This document shows positions 47,343-56,630 of a stretch of 64,000 nt of DNA, piece after piece. The DNA comes from an uncultured Candidatus Rokubacteria bacterium (GTDB lineage: Bacteria; Methylomirabilota; Methylomirabilia; Rokubacteriales; DASRDR01). The notes beneath the pieces were generated by a model. That model made no database searches, was not told the DNA's origin, and saw only the letters and a list, made by a program, of their open reading frames with translations. Location of the stretch: the NCBI GenBank assembly GCA_963708025.1, contig CAVPSB010000002.1, positions 288,001 to 352,000 on the forward strand, read 5' to 3'. Within the stretch, counting starts at the first letter, position 1. Every line of letters begins with the position of its first letter. The position numbers and the translations under genes were made by a program.

Positions 47343-48539
47343 ATGAACCCCATTGCGATCGGCCTACTCGGGAGCGAGCCGGTGGGCGGACGGCGCGTGG
47401 AGCTGGTCGAGCGCAAGGGCCTCGGACACCCGGACACGCTCTGCGACTCCCTGGTGGAGGCCGTCTCCCTCGCGCTCAACCGCCTGTACCTCGAGCGCCT
47501 CGGCACGATCCCGCACTACAACGTCAACAAGGCCCTGCTGGTCGCCGGGCAGTGCAACAAGGGCTTCGGCTGGGGGCACGTCCGCGAGCCGATGGAGCTC
47601 GTGATCGGGGACCGGGCCACCTTCACGGTGAACGGCACGGTCCTCCCCATCGCCGGGACGGTGGAAGCGGCGGTCGGCGCCTGGGTGACCACGCACCTGC
47701 CGCATGTCCGGGCGGGCCAGGATCTCCGGGTCCGGCTGGCGCTGGCGCCGGGGTCGGAGGAGCTGCGCGCGATCTACGCGCCCGGGGGGCCCGTGACCTC
47801 GAACGACACGTGCGGGGCCTCGGGCTATGCGCCGCTCAGTCCGACCGAGAAACTGGTGCTGGCGATCGAGGGCCATCTCAACGGCCCGTCCTTCAAGCGG
47901 CGCTTCCCGGACACGGGGCAAGACGTCAAGGTGTTCGCGTTTCGCGAGGGCGAGGAGGTCGACCTCACCATCGCCATGCCGCTGCTGGCGGCGCTCACCG
48001 GGTCCGAGGTCGCCTACTTCCAGCGGAAGGAGGCGATCATCGCGGAGCTGGCGACCCACTTCGCCGGCGAGCCCTTCGCGCTCGACTGGGCGCTCAACGC
48101 CCTGGACCGCCCCGGCCACGGTGCCGCCGGTGCCTACCTGAGCGTGACGGGCACCTCCGCCGAGGACGCGGACTCGGGGCAGGTGGGACGGGGGAACCGC
48201 GCCAACGGCCTGATCGCGTTCGCTCGCCCCACCGGCGGCGAGGCGGCGGCCGGCAAGAACCCCGTCGCCCACGCCGGCAAGATCTACAGCGTGTTCAGCC
48301 ACCACCTGGCGCGCTGCCTGCACGCCCGCTGTCCCGGGCTCGACGAGGTCTACGTGCACCTGGCCGCGCGGATCGGCGACCCCGTCGACGCACCCCGGGT
48401 GGCGGTGGAGCTCGTCCTGGCCAAGGGTGCCGCGCTGAGCGACGTCGAGGCGTCGGTGCGCGAGGTGGTGGCGGCCGAGGTGGCCCGGCTTGCCGAGTTC
48501 CGGCAGGAGCTCGTCCGGGGGGACCATGCGGTCTGCTGA
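47343..48539 (+). CDS. Archaeal-type methionine adenosyltransferase (SAM synthetase)
   Basis: ELVERKGLGHPDTLCD, SNDT..GYAPLS, GQDVKV, GTSAE..DSGQVGRGNR, AAAGKNPVAHAGKIY. Confidence 0.92.
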   Translation: MNPIAIGLLGSEPVGGRRVELVERKGLGHPDTLCDSLVEAVSLALNRLYLERLGTIPHYNVNKALLVAGQCNKGFGWGHVREPMELVIGDRATFTVNGTVLPIAGTVEAAVGAWVTTHLPHVRAGQDLRVRLALAPGSEELRAIYAPGGPVTSNDTCGASGYAPLSPTEKLVLAIEGHLNGPSFKRRFPDTGQDVKVFAFREGEEVDLTIAMPLLAALTGSEVAYFQRKEAIIAELATHFAGEPFALDWALNALDRPGHGAAGAYLSVTGTSAEDADSGQVGRGNRANGLIAFARPTGGEAAAGKNPVAHAGKIYSVFSHHLARCLHARCPGLDEVYVHLAARIGDPVDAPRVAVELVLAKGAALSDVEASVREVVAAEVARLAEFRQELVRGDHAVC

Positions 48540-49254
48540 TCCGGATGCGACGACCGGCCGCGACCCTCGGGTCCGACCGGAGATGACCGCCGCCCGCCAG
48601 CGCATGGTGGAGCACCAGCTGGTGGCGCGGGGCATCCACGATCCGCGCGTCCTGGACGCCATGCGGGTGGTCCCGCGGGAAGCGTTTGTCGCTTCACGGC
48701 AAGCGGCGTACGCCTACGACGACGGCCCGCTGCCGATCGGGGAGGGGCAGACGATCTCCCAGCCGTACGTGGTCGCCTTCATGATCGAGGCGGTGGCGCC
48801 GGCGGCGGGGGACCGCGCGCTCGAGATCGGAACCGGCTCCGGCTACTCGGCGGCCGTGCTGGCCTCGATCGTGGCCGAGGTCTACACGGTGGAGCGGATC
48901 CCGGCGCTCGCCGACGCGGCCGCCGCGCGCCTGGCCGAGCTCGGCTCCCGGACCGTGCACGTCCGGTGCGGCGACGGGACCCTCGGCTGGCCGGAGCACG
49001 CGCCGTACGACGTCATCATCGTCACGGCGGGCGGCCCCCGGGTCCCACCGGCGCTGCTCGATCAGCTGGCGCCGGGCGGCCGGCTGGTCATGCCGGTGGG
49101 CGACGATCCGCGCGTCCAGCGGCTGGTGCGGGTTCGGCGCGGCGCCGATGGCACGGTATCCGAGGAAGCGCTGGAGGCCGTCGCGTTCGTGCCCCTGATC
49201 GGGGCGCAGGGCTGGCCCTCCGCCGCTGGCGCGCGAGGAAGCGGCGCCGGATGA
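48526..49254 (+). CDS. pcm: Protein-L-isoaspartate O-methyltransferase
   Basis: VPREAF, GQTISQPY, LEIGTGSGY, GDGTLGW..APYD, FVPL. Confidence 0.95.
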   Translation: MRSADPDATTGRDPRVRPEMTAARQRMVEHQLVARGIHDPRVLDAMRVVPREAFVASRQAAYAYDDGPLPIGEGQTISQPYVVAFMIEAVAPAAGDRALEIGTGSGYSAAVLASIVAEVYTVERIPALADAAAARLAELGSRTVHVRCGDGTLGWPEHAPYDVIIVTAGGPRVPPALLDQLAPGGRLVMPVGDDPRVQRLVRVRRGADGTVSEEALEAVAFVPLIGAQGWPSAAGARGSGAG

Positions 49255-49272
49255 CTCGACGCCCTTGGATCG

Positions 49273-50772
49273 TCACGGGGCGCCCCGGGCGAGCAGGAAG
49301 GGAACGCCGACCGCGAGGAGCGAAGCGAGGTAGATGGCCCCGAAGACCGACCCGAGGATCCAGAAGTCCTTGCGACCGACGTACCCGCTCCCGAAATAGA
49401 TGGGCGCGGGACCGGTCGCGTACGGGGTCAGGATCCCCATCAGGCCGATCGCGTAGCAGAGGGCCAGCGCCAGCGGGCGCATCGGCATCCCGGGGATGGC
49501 CGCCCCGGTGGCCAGGAACACGGGCAGCAGCGTCGTGGCGTGCGCCGTGAGGCTCGCGAACATGTAGTGCGCGACGAAGAACGTGGCGACGAAGAGGAAC
49601 ACGATGCCGGTCACCGGGATCGCCGACAGGGCGCCGGACGTCCGCTCGGCGAACCAGTGGAGAAAGCCGACCCGGTTCAGTCCGTCGGCCAGCGTCACCA
49701 GGGTCGCGAACCACACCAGCACTTGCCAGGCGTCCCGGTGGGCGAGGATGTCCGACCAGTCGAGGACGTGCGTCAGCAGCATCAGACACACGGCGATCAG
49801 GGCGACGGCTGTCGGGTCCAGCCACGGCCCGGCGAAGACCCAGAGCCCGAGGGCGAGGATCGCGATGGCGGCCATCGTCACCTCCTTCGCCGTCATGCCG
49901 CCCATGCGGGCGAGCTCGAGCCCGGCCCAGACCGGGACCTCCTCGCTCGTCTTCAATCCCGGCGGGTAGATCACGTAGACCAGGGCCGGCAGCGACAGGA
50001 ACAGCAGGACGCCGACGGGCAGGAATCCGATGGCCCAGTCCCCCCAGCCGACCCGGATGCCGGCGGTGCTCTCGAGCAGGGCCACGGCGAAGAGATTGGC
50101 GGCGTTGGCGGTCAGGAACATGGAACTCGTGATCCCGGTGGCCGCGAACGCGGTCCACATCACGTACGATCCCACGCGGCGCGGGTCGTGGTCCGGCGAC
50201 GAGCCGTAGAGCGCCGGGATGCCCTTGATGATCGGGAAGATCGTCCCCCCGCTCCGCGCCGTGTTCGACGGGATGAACGGCGCCAGCACGAGGTCGGCCA
50301 GCGCCACGGCATAGCCCAGCCCGAGTGTCCGCCGCCCCAGCCGCCGAACCAGCACGAGGGCGATCCGTCGGCCGAGGCCGCTCTTCTCGTAGCCCAGGCC
50401 GAGCATGAAGGCGACGAAGATCAGCCACACGGTGCCGTGGGAGAACCCGGAGAGTGCCCACCGGATGGACTCGGCCGGCGCCGGGGCCACCAGGCGCAGC
50501 GCCGCGGCGGCGGTCACCGCGAGGAGACCGACGACGGGCCCGGGCAGGGGCTCCACGATCAGGGCCGCGATCGTCGCCACGAAGACGCCCAGGTAGCGCC
50601 ACGCGGGGGCGGCGAGGCCCGGTGGGGGCGGCACCAGCCAGATCGTCAGGCCGAGGAGCGCTGGAACGAGCGCCCGCCAGCACCGGTCTCGGGCGGTCGG
50701 GCGTCGGGCGCCGACGGCGGCCGGGGGGACCGGCTCGGCCCGCGCCCCGGTCCCGAGCCCGGCAACGGTCAT
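49273..50772 (-). CDS. DASS family di/tricarboxylate transporter (CitT-like)
   Basis: LSGFS..VWLIF, PSNTARSGG, SSMFLTA, HYMFAS.TAH, TPYATGPAPIY; start 50772 or 50790. Confidence 0.92.
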   Translation of the reverse strand: MTVAGLGTGARAEPVPPAAVGARRPTARDRCWRALVPALLGLTIWLVPPPPGLAAPAWRYLGVFVATIAALIVEPLPGPVVGLLAVTAAAALRLVAPAPAESIRWALSGFSHGTVWLIFVAFMLGLGYEKSGLGRRIALVLVRRLGRRTLGLGYAVALADLVLAPFIPSNTARSGGTIFPIIKGIPALYGSSPDHDPRRVGSYVMWTAFAATGITSSMFLTANAANLFAVALLESTAGIRVGWGDWAIGFLPVGVLLFLSLPALVYVIYPPGLKTSEEVPVWAGLELARMGGMTAKEVTMAAIAILALGLWVFAGPWLDPTAVALIAVCLMLLTHVLDWSDILAHRDAWQVLVWFATLVTLADGLNRVGFLHWFAERTSGALSAIPVTGIVFLFVATFFVAHYMFASLTAHATTLLPVFLATGAAIPGMPMRPLALALCYAIGLMGILTPYATGPAPIYFGSGYVGRKDFWILGSVFGAIYLASLLAVGVPFLLARGAP

Positions 50773-50886
50773 GGGGGGGCGACCTCCCACGACACCATCC
50801 CGACATCGGTTCGTCCCACCGCGCGATTACCTCTCGACCTCGACCGGACTCCCGCCGTCTCGCTCGCGCCCGATCGCGACCCGACG

Positions 50887-50902
50887 CGCAAGCGGCGTGC
50901 CC
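50887..50902 (-). promoter_or_regulatory. Sigma-54-like promoter
   Basis: Minus strand GGGCACGCCGCTTGCG. Confidence 0.5.
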
Positions 50903-50946
50903 GAGACGCCGGTCGAGCCGGGGCGGGCGCATCCGCCGGGCCGGAG

Positions 50947-50984
50947 GCGGACGTCGCCGCCCCAGGTGAGGTGGCGCTGCCCCA
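50947..50984. promoter_or_regulatory. Tandem palindromic putative activator sites (UAS)
   Basis: GCGGAC-N6-GCCCCA, GG, TGAGGT-N6-GCCCCA between divergent sigma-54 sites. Confidence 0.5.
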
Positions 50985-51089
50985 GCCGCATCCGGCGGCC
51001 CGGCGCGCTCACGCCCGGCGCCGGGGTGCCGGGCGCCTGGCGACGGCCAGCGTGGCGCCCCTTGGCCGCGGCGCGCGGCCGGTCGCGCG

Positions 51090-51105
51090 TGGCAGGGTCA
51101 TTGCA
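51090..51105 (+). promoter_or_regulatory. Sigma-54 promoter
   Basis: TGGCAGGGTCATTGCA. Confidence 0.7.
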
Positions 51106-51141
51106 TTCTCCGAACCGGACGATCGGAAACCGAGGAATCGA

Positions 51142-51687
51142 GTGAACCGCATATATCGAGCCTGGACCGTGGAGAAGCGAGCGCTCGCGATCGGGCTCGC
51201 CGTGTTGCTCGTGCTGCTGGTCGCGGCGCCGGTCGAGGCGCACTGGCGGGCGGGGTTCTGGGTCGGACTGGGGACGGGGGCGCTGTTGACGGCTCCGCTG
51301 TGGTGGCCGTATCCGTACGGCTATCCCGCTTATCCCGCGTACCCCTCGTATCCCTCGTATCCCTCCTACTATCCTTACTACCAGTATCCTTACTACCAGC
51401 AGTATCCCTCTTACCAGCCGTATCCCGGGTACGCCTACCCGGCTCCGCCGGGAGGCTCCGCCGCACCTCCGGCGGCGCCGGCGACCCCGACCACCCCCAC
51501 CCCGTCCCCACTCACGCCGTCACCGCCGGCCGCCCCGACGCCGGCCCCATCGGCGGGGACGGGCAGCGGAACGCCGTCGCAGTGCGAGACGGTGTGGGTG
51601 GAAGGTCACTACGAGACGCACGTCGGGCCGAGCGGGCAGGCCGCGACCGTGTGGGTGCCCGGCGGCAGCCGCCAGCTTTGCCAGTAG
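51142..51687 (+). CDS. Secreted Tyr/Pro-rich hypothetical protein
   Basis: Signal peptide (VEA), YPx repeats, Pro-rich linker, C..WVEGHY..WVPG..C tail. Confidence 0.7.
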   Translation: MNRIYRAWTVEKRALAIGLAVLLVLLVAAPVEAHWRAGFWVGLGTGALLTAPLWWPYPYGYPAYPAYPSYPSYPSYYPYYQYPYYQQYPSYQPYPGYAYPAPPGGSAAPPAAPATPTTPTPSPLTPSPPAAPTPAPSAGTGSGTPSQCETVWVEGHYETHVGPSGQAATVWVPGGSRQLCQ

Positions 51688-51724
51688 GCGGCCCGCGGCG
51701 CGGGCCCGCGGCCACCTGGCCGGG

Positions 51725-51740
51725 CGGCGCGATTCTTGCT
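51725..51740 (+). promoter_or_regulatory. Sigma-54-like promoter
   Basis: CGGCGCGATTCTTGCT upstream of ATG 51778. Confidence 0.5.
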
Positions 51741-51777
51741 CGCTGACGAGGGACATTCCATGCACAGGAGGTGCGCG

Positions 51778-52206
51778 ATGATCGGCGATATGTGCACGAA
51801 GCCGGTGATGACGGTCTCGCTCGAGGCGACGATTCACGAGGCGGCCCACCGGATGTGGACGCGGAAGGTCGGCGCGCTCGTCGCGGTTGACGAGGCCGAG
51901 AAGCCGGTCGGGATCGTCACCGACCGGGACATCGTGGTGAAGGTGGTGGCCGCGGGAAAGGACCCGGCCAAGGTGCAGGTGGGCTCCATCATCCGGCGGA
52001 GCCCCGCGGTGATCCGCGAAGACCAGGGCATCCTGGACGCGACCAAGCTCCTGAGCCGGCGGGGCGTCCGACGGCTCCCGGTGGTCGGCAAGGGCGGGAA
52101 GCTCGTCGGAATCGTCTCGCTCGACGACCTCCTGATGCTCCTGGGCAGCGAGATGGGCCACATCGCCTCCGCGCTGGCCAACGAGCTGGGGCGAGCGAAG
52201 GTCTAG
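51778..52206 (+). CDS. CBS-domain protein (Hrp1/Rv2626c-like)
   Basis: AGGAGG RBS; VGALV..GIVTDRDIV, GVRRLPVV..GIVSLDDLL. Confidence 0.92.
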   Translation: MIGDMCTKPVMTVSLEATIHEAAHRMWTRKVGALVAVDEAEKPVGIVTDRDIVVKVVAAGKDPAKVQVGSIIRRSPAVIREDQGILDATKLLSRRGVRRLPVVGKGGKLVGIVSLDDLLMLLGSEMGHIASALANELGRAKV

Positions 52207-52211
52207 AGACT

Positions 52212-52378
52212 TTCGGGGGGGTCTCGGAAGACCCCCCCGATGCCCCCCTTTCGGAGGCCGCGGTCGTGGGACGGCCTTCGGCCTTTGGGCCGCGGCTCGA
52301 AGCGGAACGCCCCGGCCGCGTGGCCAGCGCCGGAGCGCTGCGAGAAGCCGATGGGTGGGGAATGGGCGGCCGCCGGCA
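52212..52378 (+). repeat. ~165-bp REP/MITE-like dispersed repeat, copy B
   Basis: Aligns with copies A and C; begins 5 nt after a stop codon. Confidence 0.85.
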
Positions 52379-52407
52379 TTGGCTGACCCCGGCGTGACGG
52401 AGGGGAC

Positions 52408-53727
52408 ATGCCGACCCGCGTGCTGATCCTGGGCGCCGCCGGCCGGGACTTCCACGACTTCAACGTGGCGTTCCGGAACGATCCGGGCACCGAGGTCGTC
52501 GCGTTCACGGCTACCCAGATTCCGGGGATCGCCGGGCGCCGTTACCCGCCGGCGCTCGCGGGCCCCCGCTACCCGGCCGGCATCCCGATCGAGGCCGAGG
52601 CGGAGCTGGAGCGGCTGATCCGGGAGCGCGCGGTGGATCGGGTCGTCTTCGCGTACAGCGACGTGAGCCACGAGCACGTGATGCATCTCGCCAGCCGCGC
52701 CCTGGCCGCTGGCGCCGACTTCGAGCTGCTCGGGCCCCGGCGGACGATGCTCCGACCCCGGCGGCCCGTCGTCGCCGTGTGCGCCGTCCGGACCGGCTGC
52801 GGCAAGGGCGCGGTCACCCGGCGCATCGTCGGGATCCTCCGGGCGCGCGGCCGCCGCGTCGCGGTCGTCCGCCACCCCATGCCCTACGGCGATCTCGCCG
52901 CCCAGCGGGCGCAGCGCTTCGCCACCTTCGCCGATCTCGACCGGGCCCAGGTCACGCTCGAGGAGCGCGAGGAGTACGAGCCGCACCTCGAGGCGGGGAG
53001 CGTGGTCTTCGCCGGCGTCGACTACGCGGAGATCCTGGTCCAGGCGGAGGCGGAGGCCGACGTGCTGGTGTGGGACGGGGGCAACAACGACCTCCCCTTC
53101 TTCGCGCCCGTCCTCCACCTCTGCCTCGTCGACCCCCACCGGGCCGGCCACGAGTCGCGCTATCACCCGGGCGAGGCGAACCTGAGAATGGCGGACGTCG
53201 CGGTGATCGTGAAGGAGGACACCGCCGCCGTCGCCGACGTCGAGGCCGTTCGGGCGGCCATCCGCGCCCTGAATCCCCGGGCGCGGATCCTCGACACGCG
53301 GCTGCCCATCCGCGTCGAGGGCGACCCGGTGCTGCGGGGTCGGCGGGTGCTCGCGGTCGACGACGGCCCCACCCTCACCCACGGCGGCATGCCGGCCGGG
53401 GCCGCCGAGCTGGCCGCCCGTCGCTCCGGCGCCGTGCTCGTCGATCCGCGCCCGTACGCCCGCGGCTCGCTCCGCGACGTCTTCGCCGAGTACCCGGCCC
53501 TCGGTCGTGTTCTCCCGGCCATCGGCTACGGGCCCGCGCAGCTCGCCGACCTCCAGGCGACGATCGACGCGGTCCCCTGCGACCTCGTCCTCATCGGGAC
53601 CCCGGTCGACCTTCGCCGGGTTCTCGCGGTCCGGCCCCCGGTCCTGCGGGTCCGTTACGACGTCGAGGAAGCGGGGGGTGGCTCCTTCGAGGAGGTGCTG
53701 GCCGGCATCCCGTCGCTCTCGAGCTAG
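52408..53727 (+). CDS. Cyclic 2,3-diphosphoglycerate synthetase-like P-loop protein (COG2403-type)
   Basis: GAAGRDFHDFN, AFTATQIP, AVRTGCGK, RHPMPYGDL, EEREEYEPH, WDGGNND, DGPTLTHGGM. Confidence 0.85.
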   Translation: MPTRVLILGAAGRDFHDFNVAFRNDPGTEVVAFTATQIPGIAGRRYPPALAGPRYPAGIPIEAEAELERLIRERAVDRVVFAYSDVSHEHVMHLASRALAAGADFELLGPRRTMLRPRRPVVAVCAVRTGCGKGAVTRRIVGILRARGRRVAVVRHPMPYGDLAAQRAQRFATFADLDRAQVTLEEREEYEPHLEAGSVVFAGVDYAEILVQAEAEADVLVWDGGNNDLPFFAPVLHLCLVDPHRAGHESRYHPGEANLRMADVAVIVKEDTAAVADVEAVRAAIRALNPRARILDTRLPIRVEGDPVLRGRRVLAVDDGPTLTHGGMPAGAAELAARRSGAVLVDPRPYARGSLRDVFAEYPALGRVLPAIGYGPAQLADLQATIDAVPCDLVLIGTPVDLRRVLAVRPPVLRVRYDVEEAGGGSFEEVLAGIPSLSS

Positions 53728-53762
53728 CGGGCGGGGCCGATGAGCGTCGCCACGTTCATCCC

Positions 53763-53923
53763 GGTCGGGACGCGCTCGGCCTGCGGCCTCACGTCCGTCC
53801 CGACCTATGGTCGTCCTTCGGACGGCCTTCGGCCTGTGGGGTCGTCGCCCATCCTCGGCGTACTCGGAGTACGCCTGCGGTCGGCGACTCCCTGCGTCTC
53901 TCGGACGGCCTTCGGCCTGTGGG
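53763..53923. repeat. Intergenic structured palindromic element
   Basis: 23-nt direct repeat TCGGACGGCCTTCGGCCTGTGGG (53818, 53901) flanking the hairpin GGCGTACT-CGG-AGTACGCC; a further stem GGTCGGGACG/CGTCCCGACC. Confidence 0.65.
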
Positions 53924-53993
53924 CGCTGCTCGCTCCTCGGCCCCGCCCGCAAGAATGTGACTGATCTGCCATGGGTTTCGTGGCCCAAGGACT

Positions 53994-55175
53994 CTACGGG
54001 CCGGGTGTGCTCCCGGCGGCCTCGGGGGCGGAGATCGTCAGCACGTGGACGACATCCCTGAGGCTCAGGTATCCCGCGAGGGCGCCGTCCTCGACCACCG
54101 CGGCCCGGCCCAGCCCGTTCTGCGTGAGCTTCTCCAGCGCGTCGGCCAGGGCGTCTCCGGGCGCCACGGTCAGGGGCGGGGTCAACGGCAGCATGGCCTC
54201 CCGGACCGGCGTCGCGGCCCATCGCTCCCGGGGCACGTGGCGGACCTGCTGGACGCCGAGGATCCCGAGGACGCGGCCGCCGGCGACCACCGGGAAGCTG
54301 GAGACGTGATGGCGCCAGAACGTCTCGTCGACGACGTCGGCGAGGCTGCGATCCGGGGCCACGGACACGACCGTGCGCGTCATCACGTCGCGCACCCGGA
54401 GCGGGGCGAGCGCGCGCCGCACCACGAGCTGCTGGTAGCTGCCTTCCGCGGCCTGGCGGAGAAACAGCCCGATCAGGACCAGCCAGAGTCCACCTAGGAA
54501 CTCGCCGGTCAGACCGCGGAGGATGCCGAGACCGATCAGCACCGAGGCGACGATGGTGCCGGCCCGGCTGGCCACCCGGGTGGCCCAGCTCAGGTCGCCC
54601 CGGGCGTGCCAGAGCGCGGCCCGGAGGATGCGCCCGCCGTCGAGCGGGAAGCCCGGCACCAGGTTGAAGGCGCCGACGATGGTGTTGACCGTGGCCAGGT
54701 AGCGGAGGATCGCCGCGACCGCGGGGGTGCCCGGGGTGGCGGCCGCCCCGCCGGCCGCGACGGCGGCCAGCCCGAAGCTCGTGAGCGGGCCGGCGACGGC
54801 CATCCAGAATTCCACGCCGGGACTCTCCGGCTCCCGCTGGAGCTGGGAGACGCCCCCGAAGACGTGGAGTGTGATGGCGGAGACCGGCAGGCCGTGGGCG
54901 CGCGCCACGATGGAGTGGGACAGCTCGTGCAGGAACACCGAGACGAACAGGAGCAGGGCGGCGACGAGACCCTGGACCCAGTAGGCGGCGGCCGGCACGC
55001 CGGGGAGCACGTGGGGGAAGTAGCCGACCGAGAGGCTCCAGGCGATGAGCCCGAAGATGACCAGCCAACTCGCGTGGACGCGGACGGGGATCCCGGCGAC
55101 CCGGAACAGCGTCACCCCGCGAGTCATCTCGGTCGGCGCCGCCCGGTCGCCGTCCCTGGGGGTTGCCGGCGCCAC
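53994..55175 (-). CDS. Site-2 (M50) zinc protease with CBS pair
   Basis: HELSH, AGP, FNLVPGFPLDGGR; C-terminal CBS repeats. Confidence 0.94.
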   Translation of the reverse strand: MAPATPRDGDRAAPTEMTRGVTLFRVAGIPVRVHASWLVIFGLIAWSLSVGYFPHVLPGVPAAAYWVQGLVAALLLFVSVFLHELSHSIVARAHGLPVSAITLHVFGGVSQLQREPESPGVEFWMAVAGPLTSFGLAAVAAGGAAATPGTPAVAAILRYLATVNTIVGAFNLVPGFPLDGGRILRAALWHARGDLSWATRVASRAGTIVASVLIGLGILRGLTGEFLGGLWLVLIGLFLRQAAEGSYQQLVVRRALAPLRVRDVMTRTVVSVAPDRSLADVVDETFWRHHVSSFPVVAGGRVLGILGVQQVRHVPRERWAATPVREAMLPLTPPLTVAPGDALADALEKLTQNGLGRAAVVEDGALAGYLSLRDVVHVLTISAPEAAGSTPGP

Positions 55176-55182
55176 GTGGCGG

Positions 55183-55635
55183 TCACCCGGCGCGAACCAG
55201 CAGCACCGGGACGCCCGCGAGGCGAGCGACGCCGTCGGCGACGCTGCCGATCAGGAGCTGCTCGGGGCCCTGCCGCCCGTGGCTCCCGATCACGATCACC
55301 TCCGCCGGCCATCGTGCGGCCTCGTCCACGATGGCGCGGCTCACCCGCTGGCTTTCGCGCTGCAGCAGCGCCGTCTCGACGGCGACCCCGGCCCCGCGCG
55401 CCTGCGCGGCCGCTTGATCCAGGATAGTCTGTCCCGCGCGCCGCCAGGTCCGGTCGACCGCCTCCACGTCCACGCCACCGGCGGGATACCAGGCCTCCGG
55501 ATACGCGTACGGGGAATCGACGACGTGGACGATGCGCACCCGGGCATCGGCGCCGCGCGCGAGCTTGCATGCCTCCTCGAGGGCCCGGGCCGCCGTCTTG
55601 CTTCCGTCCGTCGCCACCAGAATCCGCGTGTACAT
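55183..55635 (-). CDS. Universal stress protein
   Basis: MYTRILVATDGS..VIGSHGRQG..IGSVA..PVLLVR. Confidence 0.93.
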   Translation of the reverse strand: MYTRILVATDGSKTAARALEEACKLARGADARVRIVHVVDSPYAYPEAWYPAGGVDVEAVDRTWRRAGQTILDQAAAQARGAGVAVETALLQRESQRVSRAIVDEAARWPAEVIVIGSHGRQGPEQLLIGSVADGVARLAGVPVLLVRAG

Positions 55636-55714
55636 GCGCTCCCTCCTGTCGCTCGGCGGGCCGGCGCCCACCCTTCCTGGAAATCCTCGGCGATCAGGGC
55701 CGCAGGGACGGGGG

Positions 55715-55730
55715 TGCAACGGCGGTACCA
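55715..55730 (-). promoter_or_regulatory. Sigma-54 promoter
   Basis: Minus strand TGGTACCGCCGTTGCA; perfect palindrome TGGGGCGGCGCCGCCCCA at 55793-55810 upstream. Confidence 0.65.
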
Positions 55731-55913
55731 CGACGGCGGATAGGGATTCCGGCAGCTTGCCACGACGTGCCGGCCGGTGACCGGTCCGCCGCTGGGGCGG
55801 CGCCGCCCCACTGTCCCGCCGGGGACCCGCCGGGCGGCAGGAGGCCACCGGATTGGCACGGGGTCACCCGCGCGTCCCCTCGTCCGGGCGCGGGCCTCGG
55901 GGATGCGCCCATG

Positions 55914-56150
55914 TCAGCGGGTCACGGGCCGGACCGACGAGACCCGGGTCCGCCACCGCCGCATCCCCCACTTCCGGACTTCCTCCAGCGACAGGACGAC
56001 GAGCGGGAAGCCGACGAGGGGCGCCCACTCGGCCGGCCGCAGGGGCGCGAGACCGAAGACGCGGGCCAGCGGCGGGACCAGGATCAGCGCCACCAGGATC
56101 GCGATCTCGGCCGCGATGCCGAAGATGACCGCCCGGTTGCGGATCGTCGT
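55914..56150 (-). pseudogene. C-terminal remnant of a cation-transporting P-type ATPase
   Basis: NRAVIFGIAAEIAILVALILVPPLARVFGLAPL..EEVRKW resembles the last helices of the Cation_ATPase_C domain; no upstream body. Confidence 0.6.
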
Positions 56151-56630
56151 CAACGGCGTCTCGCACCAGCTCGTCGCGCGTCTCCGCCACCCGGGCGCGG
56201 GAGAGGAACTCCGGCTCGGCGCAGCGCGCGCGGAGGGCGGCGACCAGCCGCACCGCCCGGCTGCTCTCGGCGATCGGCCCGGTCAACACGACGGCGACGT
56301 CCACCGGGCCCATGTCCGGGCCGAGGACCGGCACGTGCGGGAGGCGAAGCCAGCGGAGGGTGAGGCGGCCGGCGTCAGCCGCGGCCGCGTGGCCCGGCAC
56401 CACCCCCGGCGCCAGGGGCAGCCAGCCCAGTAGGACGCCGTCGAGGCCGGCCGCCCGGGCGAGATCGGCGGTGTCCGCACCTCCGGCCCCAGCCGGGCCG
56501 GCTCGTCCACCAGGTAGAGCGAGACGGCTTCGCGGGCCATCGCGCTGCGGGCCGGGATCCGCCCCGGGCGTCCTATCCGATCGGCCGGCCCATCAGTCGG
56601 CGCTCGACCGGCTCGACGCACACGCGGAGG

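Noticed and set aside
48534-48548. The MAT stop reads C-TGA-S-G-C, a chance UxxC
   Set aside because: The MAT is already full length, the readthrough overlaps pcm out of frame, and I see no convincing SECIS hairpin.
51310-51440. TATCCC-type short repeats as a CRISPR array or VNTR
   Set aside because: They encode YPx repeats inside a CDS; there is no repeat-spacer structure and no cas genes.
51520-55068. Very long ORFs such as 51520..55068(-), 59..1870(+), 25942..28530(+) and 20145..22433(-)
   Set aside because: Antisense or off-frame shadows of real genes, typical of high-GC DNA; Arg/Pro/Gly-rich with no motifs.
55793-55810. The recurring palindrome as a DosR box
   Set aside because: The DosR core is GGGAC-N4-GTCCC; this motif has a different sequence and an N6 spacer, and no DosR/NarL regulator is in the window.
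55854-55869. TGGCACG as a sigma-54 promoter
   Set aside because: No -12 TGC element and no downstream plus-strand gene.
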